From Spirochaetia bacterium (GTDB lineage: Bacteria; Spirochaetota; Spirochaetia; DSM-2461), in NCBI GenBank assembly GCA_963668315.1, contig OY764216.1:3232001-3296000 (forward strand): 64,000 bases of DNA, given 5' to 3'. The notes beneath the pieces were generated by a model that saw only the letters and a program-made list of their open reading frames with translations, was not told the origin of the DNA and ran no database searches. Shown in pieces: positions 49,935 to 58,957 of this stretch. Position 1 is the stretch's first letter. Each line of letters opens with the position of its first letter. The translations under genes and the position numbers were made by a program.

Positions 49935-50870
49935 ATGAATAATGTAAAAATGAAACAGGAAGCTGAGCTGGAATTATTAAGGTCCGTTGTAGCCAATACG
50001 CCGGATCAGATTTATATCGTCTATGCATCGGGCGAGGTGATAGATGTTTACCTGGGAAATGAAAGGCTTTTCAATGCCGGGTATGACCGGATGAAGGGGA
50101 AAAACTACGGGGAGTTCTTTTCTGCCCGGGTTTGCGGGATAACCCAGAGTATCATCGGAAAAGCCCTGGAAACCGGAGAACCACAATTTGTCACCTACTC
50201 AATCAAGCCGTCGGAAATATACATAGAAGGGAATGATCATCCCGATGATGTGTTCTGGTTTGAGGCAAGAGTCATTCCCCTGTTCCTTCCGAGTTTCCCT
50301 GAACCGCTTATTATGTGGAATGCACGGGATATCACAGAAAAAGTGAAGCTAGGGAAGGAGATTAAAATTCTTGTCGATCATGATGAGCTGACGGGAACAT
50401 ACAATAGAAGATTTTTCATGTCCTACCTCGGAGCCTGTTATTCCCGATTCAAGCGGTACAAGGACCAGACAAGCCTTCTCATGCTGGATATTGACAACTT
50501 CAAAGAGTGCAACGATACCTACGGACACGGTGCGGGTGACAGGGTCATTCAGAAAGTCGCTGAAAATTGTGCCGGAAAACTGCGGGAGAGTGATATCTTC
50601 GGCAGGATAGGGGGAGAGGAATTCGCTGCCATTCTGCCCCATACCGATTTGGAGAGCGCCTCAGTTCTCGCCGAAAGACTGCGCAAAGCCGTTGAATCGG
50701 AAGAGTGCCTGGTAAGCGATGAGGATTCCATACGGGTCACCATCAGCATCGGGATTTCCCAATTCCTTGAATCGGACAGTAAGGAAGTCACCCTATTGAG
50801 CCGAGCCGATAAAGCCATGTATGCATCCAAAAGGAACGGCAAGAACAGGGTTACCCTTTTTGAAACCTGA
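49935..50870 (+). CDS. PAS-GGDEF diguanylate cyclase
   Basis: RESD I-site and GGEEF. Confidence 0.9.
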   Translation: MNNVKMKQEAELELLRSVVANTPDQIYIVYASGEVIDVYLGNERLFNAGYDRMKGKNYGEFFSARVCGITQSIIGKALETGEPQFVTYSIKPSEIYIEGNDHPDDVFWFEARVIPLFLPSFPEPLIMWNARDITEKVKLGKEIKILVDHDELTGTYNRRFFMSYLGACYSRFKRYKDQTSLLMLDIDNFKECNDTYGHGAGDRVIQKVAENCAGKLRESDIFGRIGGEEFAAILPHTDLESASVLAERLRKAVESEECLVSDEDSIRVTISIGISQFLESDSKEVTLLSRADKAMYASKRNGKNRVTLFET

Positions 50871-50961
50871 TTTTTTTTATGAAATGCTAAAAGATTTATG
50901 AAATAACGGCTCTGATAAAATCGACTTTGAAACATTGAACTATCTGTGTTAAAATTGAATC

Positions 50962-52539
50962 ATGGTTCTCCAATTTCAATATCTGCAGCTTCTCTACTAT
51001 CTGGCAGGCGGACTGTCCCTCTCTCTGATGGTCTTGACAAAAAAAATGCCTCCCTTCCACGGAAGCCGTATCTGGAGGGCCACCCTGCTTTTCGTCGCCC
51101 TCTGGGCGGTATGCGACGGCCTTTTGAAATTCTTCGCGGACATCACGGCAAAGGAGATACTCCTGAGGTTTTCTTATCTGGGGGTAATGGGTACCACTAT
51201 TTCCTGGTCTTACTTCATACTTGTCTATGGGAATTGCGGCCACCTTATCGGAAAAAAGCTGAAAGTTCTTCTCCTGGTGATTCCGACCATCTCTTTCTTG
51301 GGGGTCATGACATTTTCCCGGCATCCCTGGTTTTATACCTCCTTCAGCATTACCTTTAAGAACGGGTTGTGGGCACTTGAGCGCAGTTACGGCCCCCTTT
51401 TCTGGATATGGGCCCTATATGCCTACCTAATCACCCTGTTCAGCAGCATTTTGCTGATTCGGGCAATGGTGCGTTTTCCCAAGCAATACAAAGCCCAGAT
51501 TTCCCTGCTGCTGACGGCGGCCCTGCTCCCCATGATCCCCAACATTCTCTATCTGGCGGGTATCAGTTTCATGAAACCCTACGACCCATCCTCCTTGTTT
51601 TTTACCATAAGCGCGATGATGATTGGCCTGAGCATTATCCGGTCCCGTTCTTTTGCCGTTGTTCCCGTGGCATACCATTCGGTCTTTCAGAACATGAGAA
51701 GTGGGGTTTTGGTACTGGACCACAGCAGGAAAGTACTTGATCTTAATCCGGAAGCGGAGAAAATCTTCTGTATCAGCCATATAAAAGCCATTGGGCAGGC
51801 ACTGGATCAGCTCTACGAAGGGGCGGGGGAGCTGAATAATCTGGAAGATTTAGCCGAGAAACGGGTAAACGGACGACTGTATGAAATCAGTGCCGCGCCG
51901 CTGTTGTCACCGGGCAGTACGGATATTGGTTTGATCCTCCATTTCCATGATATTACGGTATTAAAGGATACCGAGAACAAGCTTTACGAAGCCTATGAGC
52001 AGCTCAAGGAAATCGCCGGCTCCGATCCTCTTACTGGTCTGCTGAACCGGAGAACCTTCTTTGAGCAGGCGGCCAGGGAATTAACCAGGTCCCTGAGAGA
52101 CGGATCTCCCTTTTCTCTGATGCTGATCGATTTGGATAACTTCAAGGCCGTAAACGACAACAGGGGGCATTTGCAGGGCGATAACGTACTGAAAGTCTGT
52201 GCCGAAAGCCTGGTTGATCTTTCCCGCGGTGGAGATATCATCGGCCGCTACGGCGGTGACGAGTTCATCGTCATGCCCTTTCAAACCGGCGAGCTTCATG
52301 CTTTGGATCTCGCAAAACGTTACGTATCGGCTATCTCCCGGCGAATCAGGGAGGACACCGATATTTCTATGACCCTGAGCATCGGGATCATAATTTACGA
52401 CGGCAGTGACGATACTACCCTGGAGGATTTGATCGACCGGGCCGACAAAGCCATGTATGCCTCAAAAACAGCCGGAAAGAACCGGGTGACTCTGTGGAAC
52501 ACGGAAATGGATACATCTATCAAGGTGGGATGCAGCTGA
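50962..52539 (+). CDS. 7TM (HisKA_7TM-like)-PAS-GGDEF diguanylate cyclase
   Basis: About 7 TM segments, PAS domain, GGDEF; promoter TTGAAA-17-TAAAAT at 50927-50955. Confidence 0.88.
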   Translation: MVLQFQYLQLLYYLAGGLSLSLMVLTKKMPPFHGSRIWRATLLFVALWAVCDGLLKFFADITAKEILLRFSYLGVMGTTISWSYFILVYGNCGHLIGKKLKVLLLVIPTISFLGVMTFSRHPWFYTSFSITFKNGLWALERSYGPLFWIWALYAYLITLFSSILLIRAMVRFPKQYKAQISLLLTAALLPMIPNILYLAGISFMKPYDPSSLFFTISAMMIGLSIIRSRSFAVVPVAYHSVFQNMRSGVLVLDHSRKVLDLNPEAEKIFCISHIKAIGQALDQLYEGAGELNNLEDLAEKRVNGRLYEISAAPLLSPGSTDIGLILHFHDITVLKDTENKLYEAYEQLKEIAGSDPLTGLLNRRTFFEQAARELTRSLRDGSPFSLMLIDLDNFKAVNDNRGHLQGDNVLKVCAESLVDLSRGGDIIGRYGGDEFIVMPFQTGELHALDLAKRYVSAISRRIREDTDISMTLSIGIIIYDGSDDTTLEDLIDRADKAMYASKTAGKNRVTLWNTEMDTSIKVGCS

Positions 52540-52638
52540 GTCTGCCGGCTCCTTTTTTAAAGTTTTATCGCTGAATCAGAAAAGGTTAAAGTTCCTGTTT
52601 TCCGGGAAATGATATGGACAGGAGTCTCTATTCTTCTA

Positions 52639-52659
52639 TATATTTACGGTGTAAATATA
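52639..52659. promoter_or_regulatory. Palindromic operator, probably TetR
   Basis: TATATTTAC-GGT-GTAAATATA perfect 9-bp arms just upstream of the flavoprotein SD. Confidence 0.65.
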
Positions 52660-52672
52660 ATTAGGAGGAATT

Positions 52673-54130
52673 ATGAACAAATTTATAAGGAGAGACATTC
52701 CCCTTGCCCTTATCGCCTGGGTTTTGTCAGGCTGCTCGGGGGATAACCCGACTGTCATCGTGGTCGGCTCCGGCCTTTCCGGTCACGCGGCGGCTTATAA
52801 TGCCCTGGCGGAAGGGGCCGATGTGAGGTGGATCGAGAAGAATGAGACCCTCGGCGGGTCCGCGGTGATCGCTTCGGGAACTTTCAGCGCTCCGGGCACG
52901 AGGCTTCAGAAAGAGAAGGGGATAGAGGATTCCGTCGAGGACTTCATGGCCGATATGGACAGAATCGGCAAAGGCCGAGCGGATAGGGATATCATGAGGA
53001 CGTACGCTGAAACTTCTACGGAAGTCTGGGAATGGCTCGTTGATAACGGCCTTGAACCCAGCGAGAGAAGCCCCTTCATCGATCCCGTTCATAGTCCTTA
53101 CTCGATTAAAAGGACCTACACCCCGGTGAAGAATTCCGCCTTTGAGTATTGCCGATTATACCAGGACAGGATGAAAAAATATAAAAAGCACCTTACCACC
53201 ATGACTTCCACCGAAGTCGTTTCCCTTATAAGGGAAGTGGGCATCGTTACAGGCGTTACTTGCTCTGACGGAAATGAATACAGGGCGGATAGCGTGATTC
53301 TCTGTACCGGCGGATTCGGGTCCAACCATGATTTCATCGCGGAGCGAATGCCTGAATACAAAGAACTCATGACGGTTTCCATGCCCCAGAGTACGGGAAG
53401 CGGCTTAATCATGGCGGAAGAGATCGGTGCGCAGCTTGTCAATATGGATTATCTGGTGGCCTACTTCGGCGCCATAAGCCAGAAGGATACGAAAGCGGCC
53501 AGCTTCTCGACTCTGACATCGGGCTTCGCCGATAGATGGCATGGAGATATCTGGGTCGGCCGGGATGGTAATCGCTTTATTAATGAGGACGGATTCGACG
53601 AGGATCCCAGGGAAACAGCCATTGATGACCTGCCTGATCAGACTTCCTACATCATCTTCGACCAGGGAATGATTGAGGCTAACGACGGAAAAACGCCCCT
53701 CAGGAATTTCGAGGAGCTGGTCGCGGAAAATTTCGGGGTAAGAAAAGCCGATTCCCTTGAGGAACTGGCTGAAGCTTTCCATATCAACTACGGGAACCTG
53801 GAAAAAACTATCGAGAAAGTTAATCTTGCCGCGGAGACGGGGGTGGATGAGGAATTCGGCCGGGAAATCAATATGCCCCTTAATAAAGCGCCCTACTACT
53901 GCATAGAAGCCAGGGGAACCATCTTCCTCACCCAGGGGGGAGTAAAGGTGAATACCACATCGCAGGCGATTGACCGCGAGGGTAGAGTCATTCCCGGTTT
54001 ATATGCTGCGGGCGAAGTCATCGGTTCCGTGCAGTGGAGCGGAAAGGGATACTCGGGAGGAGCCGGTACTACCGGGGCTCTTGTGTTCGGTACGATAGCG
54101 GGAAAGAATGCCGTCATAAGCCGGAAATAG
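52673..54130 (+). CDS. Lipoprotein FAD-dependent oxidoreductase (flavocytochrome c / fumarate reductase superfamily)
   Basis: LSGC lipobox; VGSGLSG, CTGGF, GNRFINE and GLYAAGE motifs. Confidence 0.85.
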   Translation: MNKFIRRDIPLALIAWVLSGCSGDNPTVIVVGSGLSGHAAAYNALAEGADVRWIEKNETLGGSAVIASGTFSAPGTRLQKEKGIEDSVEDFMADMDRIGKGRADRDIMRTYAETSTEVWEWLVDNGLEPSERSPFIDPVHSPYSIKRTYTPVKNSAFEYCRLYQDRMKKYKKHLTTMTSTEVVSLIREVGIVTGVTCSDGNEYRADSVILCTGGFGSNHDFIAERMPEYKELMTVSMPQSTGSGLIMAEEIGAQLVNMDYLVAYFGAISQKDTKAASFSTLTSGFADRWHGDIWVGRDGNRFINEDGFDEDPRETAIDDLPDQTSYIIFDQGMIEANDGKTPLRNFEELVAENFGVRKADSLEELAEAFHINYGNLEKTIEKVNLAAETGVDEEFGREINMPLNKAPYYCIEARGTIFLTQGGVKVNTTSQAIDREGRVIPGLYAAGEVIGSVQWSGKGYSGGAGTTGALVFGTIAGKNAVISRK

Positions 54131-54146
54131 TCCAAATCTTTCAAAT

Positions 54147-54181
54147 AGGGGGGACGGCACAGGTTGTCCCTCTTTTTTTTT
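54147..54181 (+). terminator. Intrinsic terminator
   Basis: GGGGGACGGC/GTTGTCCCTC stem followed by a long T run. Confidence 0.7.
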
Positions 54182-54197
54182 CATCATAATATGTGCC

Positions 54198-54788
54198 ATG
54201 CCCCGAAAGAAAGTAATCATCGAGCCCCGGCTCATAATTGAAACAGCCTTCGAACTCATAGACAGGGAAGGGTTCACCCGTTTCTCGTCCCGTAATCTCG
54301 CGTCGAAACTGGGAGTCTCCCACATGACGATATACAACTACTTCAGCCGGGAAGAGATTCTGCACGCCGCCATTGATCATGGATTTCAAATCCTCCATAA
54401 CGATATGGACAGCAGAATCCAGGCCCACATCGAGTCCCGTGCCCATGCCGTGGAAATCTATAAGATCGCCGCGGAAAGCATGCTCGTTTTCGCCGGACAG
54501 CACAAGCATATCTACCGCTTTATGTTTGGAAAGGAACTAAAGGGAAATCAGCTTCCCGCAGAGATCAGCAGCAGATATCAAGGCATGGAGAAGATTATGA
54601 AACCTCTGCTCTCCGAAGATATATATTCCGATTTCAGAAAAGACAGCAGCCTTTTCCTGCGGCTGATAAACTCCATAATTCTGACCTATATTGACGGGGG
54701 CTATGAAAAAACGGAGGAATCCTGCCGGGAAGATATTGCAAGGAGTTTTGACAAGCTTCTCGGTTGCTATCTGGACATCTCCCTTTAA
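54198..54788 (+). CDS. TetR family transcriptional regulator
   Basis: N-terminal HTH SRNLASKLGVSHMTIYNYF. Confidence 0.9.
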   Translation: MPRKKVIIEPRLIIETAFELIDREGFTRFSSRNLASKLGVSHMTIYNYFSREEILHAAIDHGFQILHNDMDSRIQAHIESRAHAVEIYKIAAESMLVFAGQHKHIYRFMFGKELKGNQLPAEISSRYQGMEKIMKPLLSEDIYSDFRKDSSLFLRLINSIILTYIDGGYEKTEESCREDIARSFDKLLGCYLDISL

Positions 54789-54888
54789 TCTTCCCTTGCA
54801 GAGATTCGGAAGCGGCTGGGTTTTATATGAAGTCCTCGGACTAATGAACATGTGTATTGGCGTGTGGTTGATTGGCCTGGGCTTTTAC

Positions 54889-55239
54889 TCAGGCTTTTTT
54901 TTTCAGGTGATTCAAAGGAGCCCACCCAAGAAGATCTGGTTCGTTTTCCTTATACCCCCAGATCCAGCCATTCAATTCCTTCAATTGGATGAGAACTTCT
55001 CCTTTTATCAGGTTATGCTCTCTTGCCGTATAGTCCTGAACGGTGATGGCTTTTGATCCATCGACTGCAAGTATCTGTTTCGGAATCCAGCCTTCTTTCC
55101 CTTCTCCTTTACAGAATACCCAGTTTGGCCAATCTCCAGTTGGATCAGATTCCTCAATCAACACAAGGGCTTCTCCCTTTTTAATGGAAATAGGGGAGAG
55201 TGGGGCATCTGTATATTCTTTTATTACAATGTATCTCAT
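54889..55239 (-). CDS. Tandem variant-SH3 domain protein
   Basis: Two SH3-like repeats (WPNW...EGWIP; DYTAREH...GWAP); GGAG SD. Confidence 0.75.
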   Translation of the reverse strand: MRYIVIKEYTDAPLSPISIKKGEALVLIEESDPTGDWPNWVFCKGEGKEGWIPKQILAVDGSKAITVQDYTAREHNLIKGEVLIQLKELNGWIWGYKENEPDLLGWAPLNHLKKKA

Positions 55240-55266
55240 GCTTGCTCCTTCGGGAGAATGAATGGG

Positions 55267-55403
55267 TTATTCTATAAATATCCCCATCAGGACAGAATCA
55301 TAATATATTCCATCTATCTTTAAATCTCTTCTATTTCAAATCCAAATTTCTTATATAAGTCAATCGCTTTTTTATTATCTTCCTTTACCTTTAAGGTTTC
55401 ACT
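55267..55403 (-). pseudogene. C-terminal remnant of a GNAT acetyltransferase
   Basis: LKVKEDNKKAIDLYKKFGFEIE, then in another frame RDLKIDGIYYDSVLMGIFIE*; no N-terminus. Confidence 0.65.
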
Positions 55404-56012
55404 CTATGAAAGAGTCATCGTATCCCTTTCAATAGAAAATCGTTTTCCCATTTTTTCTTTCAGATAGGGGAGAGCTGCCTCATAATCATTCTGGTACTTT
55501 CCGAATGTCCCATCCCTGAGGATCTTATACCCTGCTTGTAGATAGATTCCGACGGCATGGTAGCTCCAGGTTTGAGTATGAAGAAAGCTGTCTTTATCGC
55601 CATCCAATTCTATTGAGGTTTTAATTACCTTACTCACAATTGATTTGCCTAATCCCATATTTTGATAATCTGGCTTGATGGAAACCCAATGAATTGAGGG
55701 GACTCTTATTTCATTTCTAGTGTTCCACCATGCCGTTGCGGTTCCTACTTTCTGACCTTCTTCAGTGGTGATAAAAATGCAGCGTTCCGAGAGTTCTTTT
55801 TTATATTTCAAGTATTCCCTGTCAAAATACTTCATTGCTTCGCTTTCTTCTGAGAATTCAAGCACACTGGTTTCTATTTCTGCCCAATGAACTTCATCTC
55901 CAGACTTAAAGGATTCATAGTGAAACCATTTCGGCAATCTTTCTTCGCAGTATTTAGTATTATATTTCCTTATGAGTATTATATTGAAATATGGTATGGA
56001 TTTATCCAACAT
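55404..56012 (-). CDS. GNAT acetyltransferase
   Basis: IHWVSI-x4-QNMGLG and LHTQTWS motifs; start taken as ATG 56012 (MLDKS), overlapping the upstream stop. Confidence 0.8.
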   Translation of the reverse strand: MLDKSIPYFNIILIRKYNTKYCEERLPKWFHYESFKSGDEVHWAEIETSVLEFSEESEAMKYFDREYLKYKKELSERCIFITTEEGQKVGTATAWWNTRNEIRVPSIHWVSIKPDYQNMGLGKSIVSKVIKTSIELDGDKDSFLHTQTWSYHAVGIYLQAGYKILRDGTFGKYQNDYEAALPYLKEKMGKRFSIERDTMTLS

Positions 56013-56535
56013 TACCCAAAATCCCATATGCATAACAATCATGCCATAACGGATTCCCGTCTTTGTCCGTTCTAAAGAATCCTTTCTGTTTGAAGAAGCC
56101 TTCTCTCTCCATTCCAATTTTCTCCATTACTTTCCATGAAGGAATATTCAGGGGATTGCAGAAAGCTTCAACTTTATGAGCATGCAATTCGTTGAAGGCA
56201 TATTGTATTATTGCTTGAGAAGCCTCTGTGCAATAACCCTGATTATGAAATCGGGGATTGAATATGTAGCCAAGTTCCCAAGTCATAAAAGTTTCTGGAT
56301 CGGAATGATGAAAATAGAGATGTCCAATCATTTTCCTATTGTCTTTCCGAACTACCGCAAGAAAGTCATTGCCGGTAGATCTTTTAGCAATCATAGTTTT
56401 GGCTTCTTCAACAGAAATCGGTTTCCCCGGTTCATAATCATAGATTTCTGAAAGAGACAAATATTCATAGAGGAATTTCCAATCGGCCTCAATGTGATTT
56501 CTAATAATTAATCTATCTGTTTTGAGTTCTATCAA
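56002..56535 (-). CDS. RimJ/RimL-type GNAT acetyltransferase
   Basis: LKTDRLIIR, WELGY, NQGYCTE and N-x2-S-x2-VMEKIGM-x2-EG motifs. Confidence 0.85.
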   Translation of the reverse strand: MIELKTDRLIIRNHIEADWKFLYEYLSLSEIYDYEPGKPISVEEAKTMIAKRSTGNDFLAVVRKDNRKMIGHLYFHHSDPETFMTWELGYIFNPRFHNQGYCTEASQAIIQYAFNELHAHKVEAFCNPLNIPSWKVMEKIGMEREGFFKQKGFFRTDKDGNPLWHDCYAYGILGNVG

Positions 56536-56782
56536 GTGCTACCTCACTTTGACTAGCGGGATCATTCATTGATTATTAAATCATACTATCATTTGATATT
56601 TCTATTGGAAAGTGGAATCTTCTTTTCTACTAATTTATTATCACATAAATAGTATTTAAATTGAACTGCCCCTTGGTATGACGGAGAATATTTTATTTAA
56701 GTCAGACTTCTTAAGTCGATAATTCCACTATTATAATAAAACGGATACTTTATTTTATGTATTTAATCCGAGTGATTATACT

Positions 56783-57117
56783 ATGAGATATCCAGACTGT
56801 ATTTACAACAGACTTTCGGATGCAGGAGAATACTCCGAAAGTGATAAAGAGTCCATCATAATATAGAAACAATGGTACATCTTCTCTGTCGTCTGGGAAT
56901 GCTGCTGGTGGTGGAAGGAACAGATCCGGAAATCCTCTTCCAGATTATGACCAATATTCTCCTCTCATGGCGGAACGAAAAAGAACTCCTTGAAGGTATT
57001 GTCCTGACTGATGGAATCATTGGTATACAGGCAGGAATGAACCCCATAGTTCTGAAATCTCAGCTTCTTTCGTATCTGGGGGCAAAGACCGCTCTGGAAG
57101 CTTTTAGGAACAACTAA
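56783..57117 (+). pseudogene. Degraded gene for a MotA-cytoplasmic-domain-like protein
   Basis: LVVEGTDPE and DGIIGIQAGMNP-x2-L motifs. The upstream frame MRYPDCIYNRL...DKESII ends in TAG before the downstream frame begins. Confidence 0.45.
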
Positions 57118-57174
57118 ACGCATGGGGTAGTGCCATATAACACAGTGTATTCCATCCGTTGAAAATTAAGTGGG

Positions 57175-58155
57175 CTAATTGTAATTTTCCAGACAAAGCT
57201 GCCATTCCTTAAGGATTTCTTCCTTTAACTCAACCGGTTCAATCACTTGTGCTTCTGAACCGTAGGACATAATCCATTTCTTTACATCGTACCAGCCGGA
57301 TGTGGTCATTGTCAGGAGGAGCCTTCCGTCATTCTGGGTTTTTATTTTCTGGTCGGAAGCCCATTTCCTTTCCCGGATATATCGGGCTTGATTCCTTGAG
57401 AAGAGGATTTTGTATTCGCGCGGTTCTTCGAATGTCAGGTTGAAAGCCGTGTCCAGAAGTTCTTGGGGATCAAAACCATTAGGCCGAATAAATGTTTCAT
57501 CCATAATTTCAAGAGTCTTAATCCTCTCAAGGGCCAGAGTTCGTATATCGGTATGTTCGTTAATCTGAGTGAAAAAATAGAAGCCCCCGTCTCTCTGGAA
57601 CAGGTGAAGGGGATGGATATTATAGGTTTTAATCTTGTCATCCCAAAAGGAGTGGTAGATTACCCGGCAGACCTTATGGGAAAGCATGGCGGAGATAAGA
57701 TCTTCCAGTATTTCTTCCTTATCGGAATAATCCTTATTCTGAGTATCACCCATTAGCATGATTTCCGAGAGTGTTCGAAATTGCTGAAGATGATTTCTGT
57801 CTATGGTAAATATTTTATTAAAAGCCCTGTTGATGTATTCGCTGAATTGGGTATTCTTAAAAATTTCAGAACGGCTCCAGAGGAACATGAGAGCTGTTGC
57901 TTCACCTGCATCAAGGTCCAGATAGGGAACTTTTACTCTATTGTCCTGACGTATGTAGTTAAGAGAAAGATAAAATCGTTTCTTTCCCTCCCCATCATTT
58001 TTTTCCTGAAGAGGAAAAATCATTCTGATACCATCAATCTCTCTCTGTGCCGTGCGGTAGGAACATTCATATATATCCATTATTTCCTCATAGGAAGCCC
58101 CATTGTAACGTGCGAGGAGAGTAATAATTTCTAAAAAATCTCGTATTTTTTTCAT
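57175..58155 (-). CDS. HTH-WYL-WCX transcriptional regulator
   Basis: CSYRTAQREI HTH; Y-x-S, HPLHL and IRTLALERI WYL core; WIMSYGSEAQVIEP WCX. Confidence 0.9.
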   Translation of the reverse strand: MKKIRDFLEIITLLARYNGASYEEIMDIYECSYRTAQREIDGIRMIFPLQEKNDGEGKKRFYLSLNYIRQDNRVKVPYLDLDAGEATALMFLWSRSEIFKNTQFSEYINRAFNKIFTIDRNHLQQFRTLSEIMLMGDTQNKDYSDKEEILEDLISAMLSHKVCRVIYHSFWDDKIKTYNIHPLHLFQRDGGFYFFTQINEHTDIRTLALERIKTLEIMDETFIRPNGFDPQELLDTAFNLTFEEPREYKILFSRNQARYIRERKWASDQKIKTQNDGRLLLTMTTSGWYDVKKWIMSYGSEAQVIEPVELKEEILKEWQLCLENYN

Positions 58156-58166
58156 GATTATTTATT

Positions 58167-58187
58167 ATAGGACACTTTTTGTCCTAT
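58167..58187. promoter_or_regulatory. Palindromic WYL-type operator
   Basis: ATAGGACA-CTTTT-TGTCCTAT in the divergent intergenic region, overlapping the WYL gene's TATAAT. Confidence 0.7.
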
Positions 58188-58237
58188 GACTATTCTACCT
58201 TGTTGTCAAGGAGATTCATAAATGGGAGGATTATATA

Positions 58238-58681
58238 ATGTCAGATAAGGATATCATGAAAAATGAAGTGAAGAGAATTGCTGAAGCTCTCGGTAAATTT
58301 TTGGATTGTGAGCTTTTAGCAGGTGATGTTTCTGCTTCTGAAAAAATAGACAGTGAGGAATATGTATATTATCCGCTATTTTTGGATAAGAAAGAGGGAG
58401 TAACCGTTTCTATTGATTTCTACTTTAATACAAAAGAACCACACCGGATATCCCGTATCCATTTTTATTCCAGCATTGAATGCCAATCTCCGTGCATATT
58501 ACTTGTTGACAGGGGATATGATGAAGCCCTGGCGAATGATATGAAAATGATGTTGGATGGGATTCAGGGCAAGCCTCCGGTAAATGGTTTTTTTCTTGGG
58601 GAAGAGATTGTTTATGAGATTGACGATTCCATTAGAAAGACAGCGGAAGCTATCTGTGATGCTTTAGGTTATATGGACTAA
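58238..58681 (+). CDS. Hypothetical protein
   Basis: 147-aa ORF with GGAGG SD. Confidence 0.7.
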   Translation: MSDKDIMKNEVKRIAEALGKFLDCELLAGDVSASEKIDSEEYVYYPLFLDKKEGVTVSIDFYFNTKEPHRISRIHFYSSIECQSPCILLVDRGYDEALANDMKMMLDGIQGKPPVNGFFLGEEIVYEIDDSIRKTAEAICDALGYMD

Positions 58682-58708
58682 TTCTCATAAGGAAAGGGAG
58701 AGCTATCT

Positions 58709-58957
58709 ATGGATGAGCAATTAAGAATAACCGTTCATGAGAAGGAGTTCCTGGTAGATTGTAGTTCTATGACCCCTTATGACGGGTACTGCATCATATT
58801 GGAACCTAAGGAGTGGGCGGAGGAGATTATTTCGATCCCTCATATCTTTTATCTGGCCAGACCCTATATGGCGTTCAGGGATAAGGGAGAGATTAATGCC
58901 AGGGGGATTCAGGCCATCGAGAGGTCTCTGCAAAGATTGATAGGAAAGGATATATGA
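58709..58957 (+). CDS. Hypothetical protein (paralogous to the N-terminus of 60657..61307)
   Basis: GGGAG SD; shared K-x-F-x2-DCS-x4-Y-x-G-x-C pattern. Confidence 0.65.
   Translation: MDEQLRITVHEKEFLVDCSSMTPYDGYCIILEPKEWAEEIISIPHIFYLARPYMAFRDKGEINARGIQAIERSLQRLIGKDI

Noticed and set aside
54889..56535. Integron cassette array (tandem GNAT/SH3 genes)
   Set aside because: Genes overlap or abut, no attC-like sites were found, and there is no integrase
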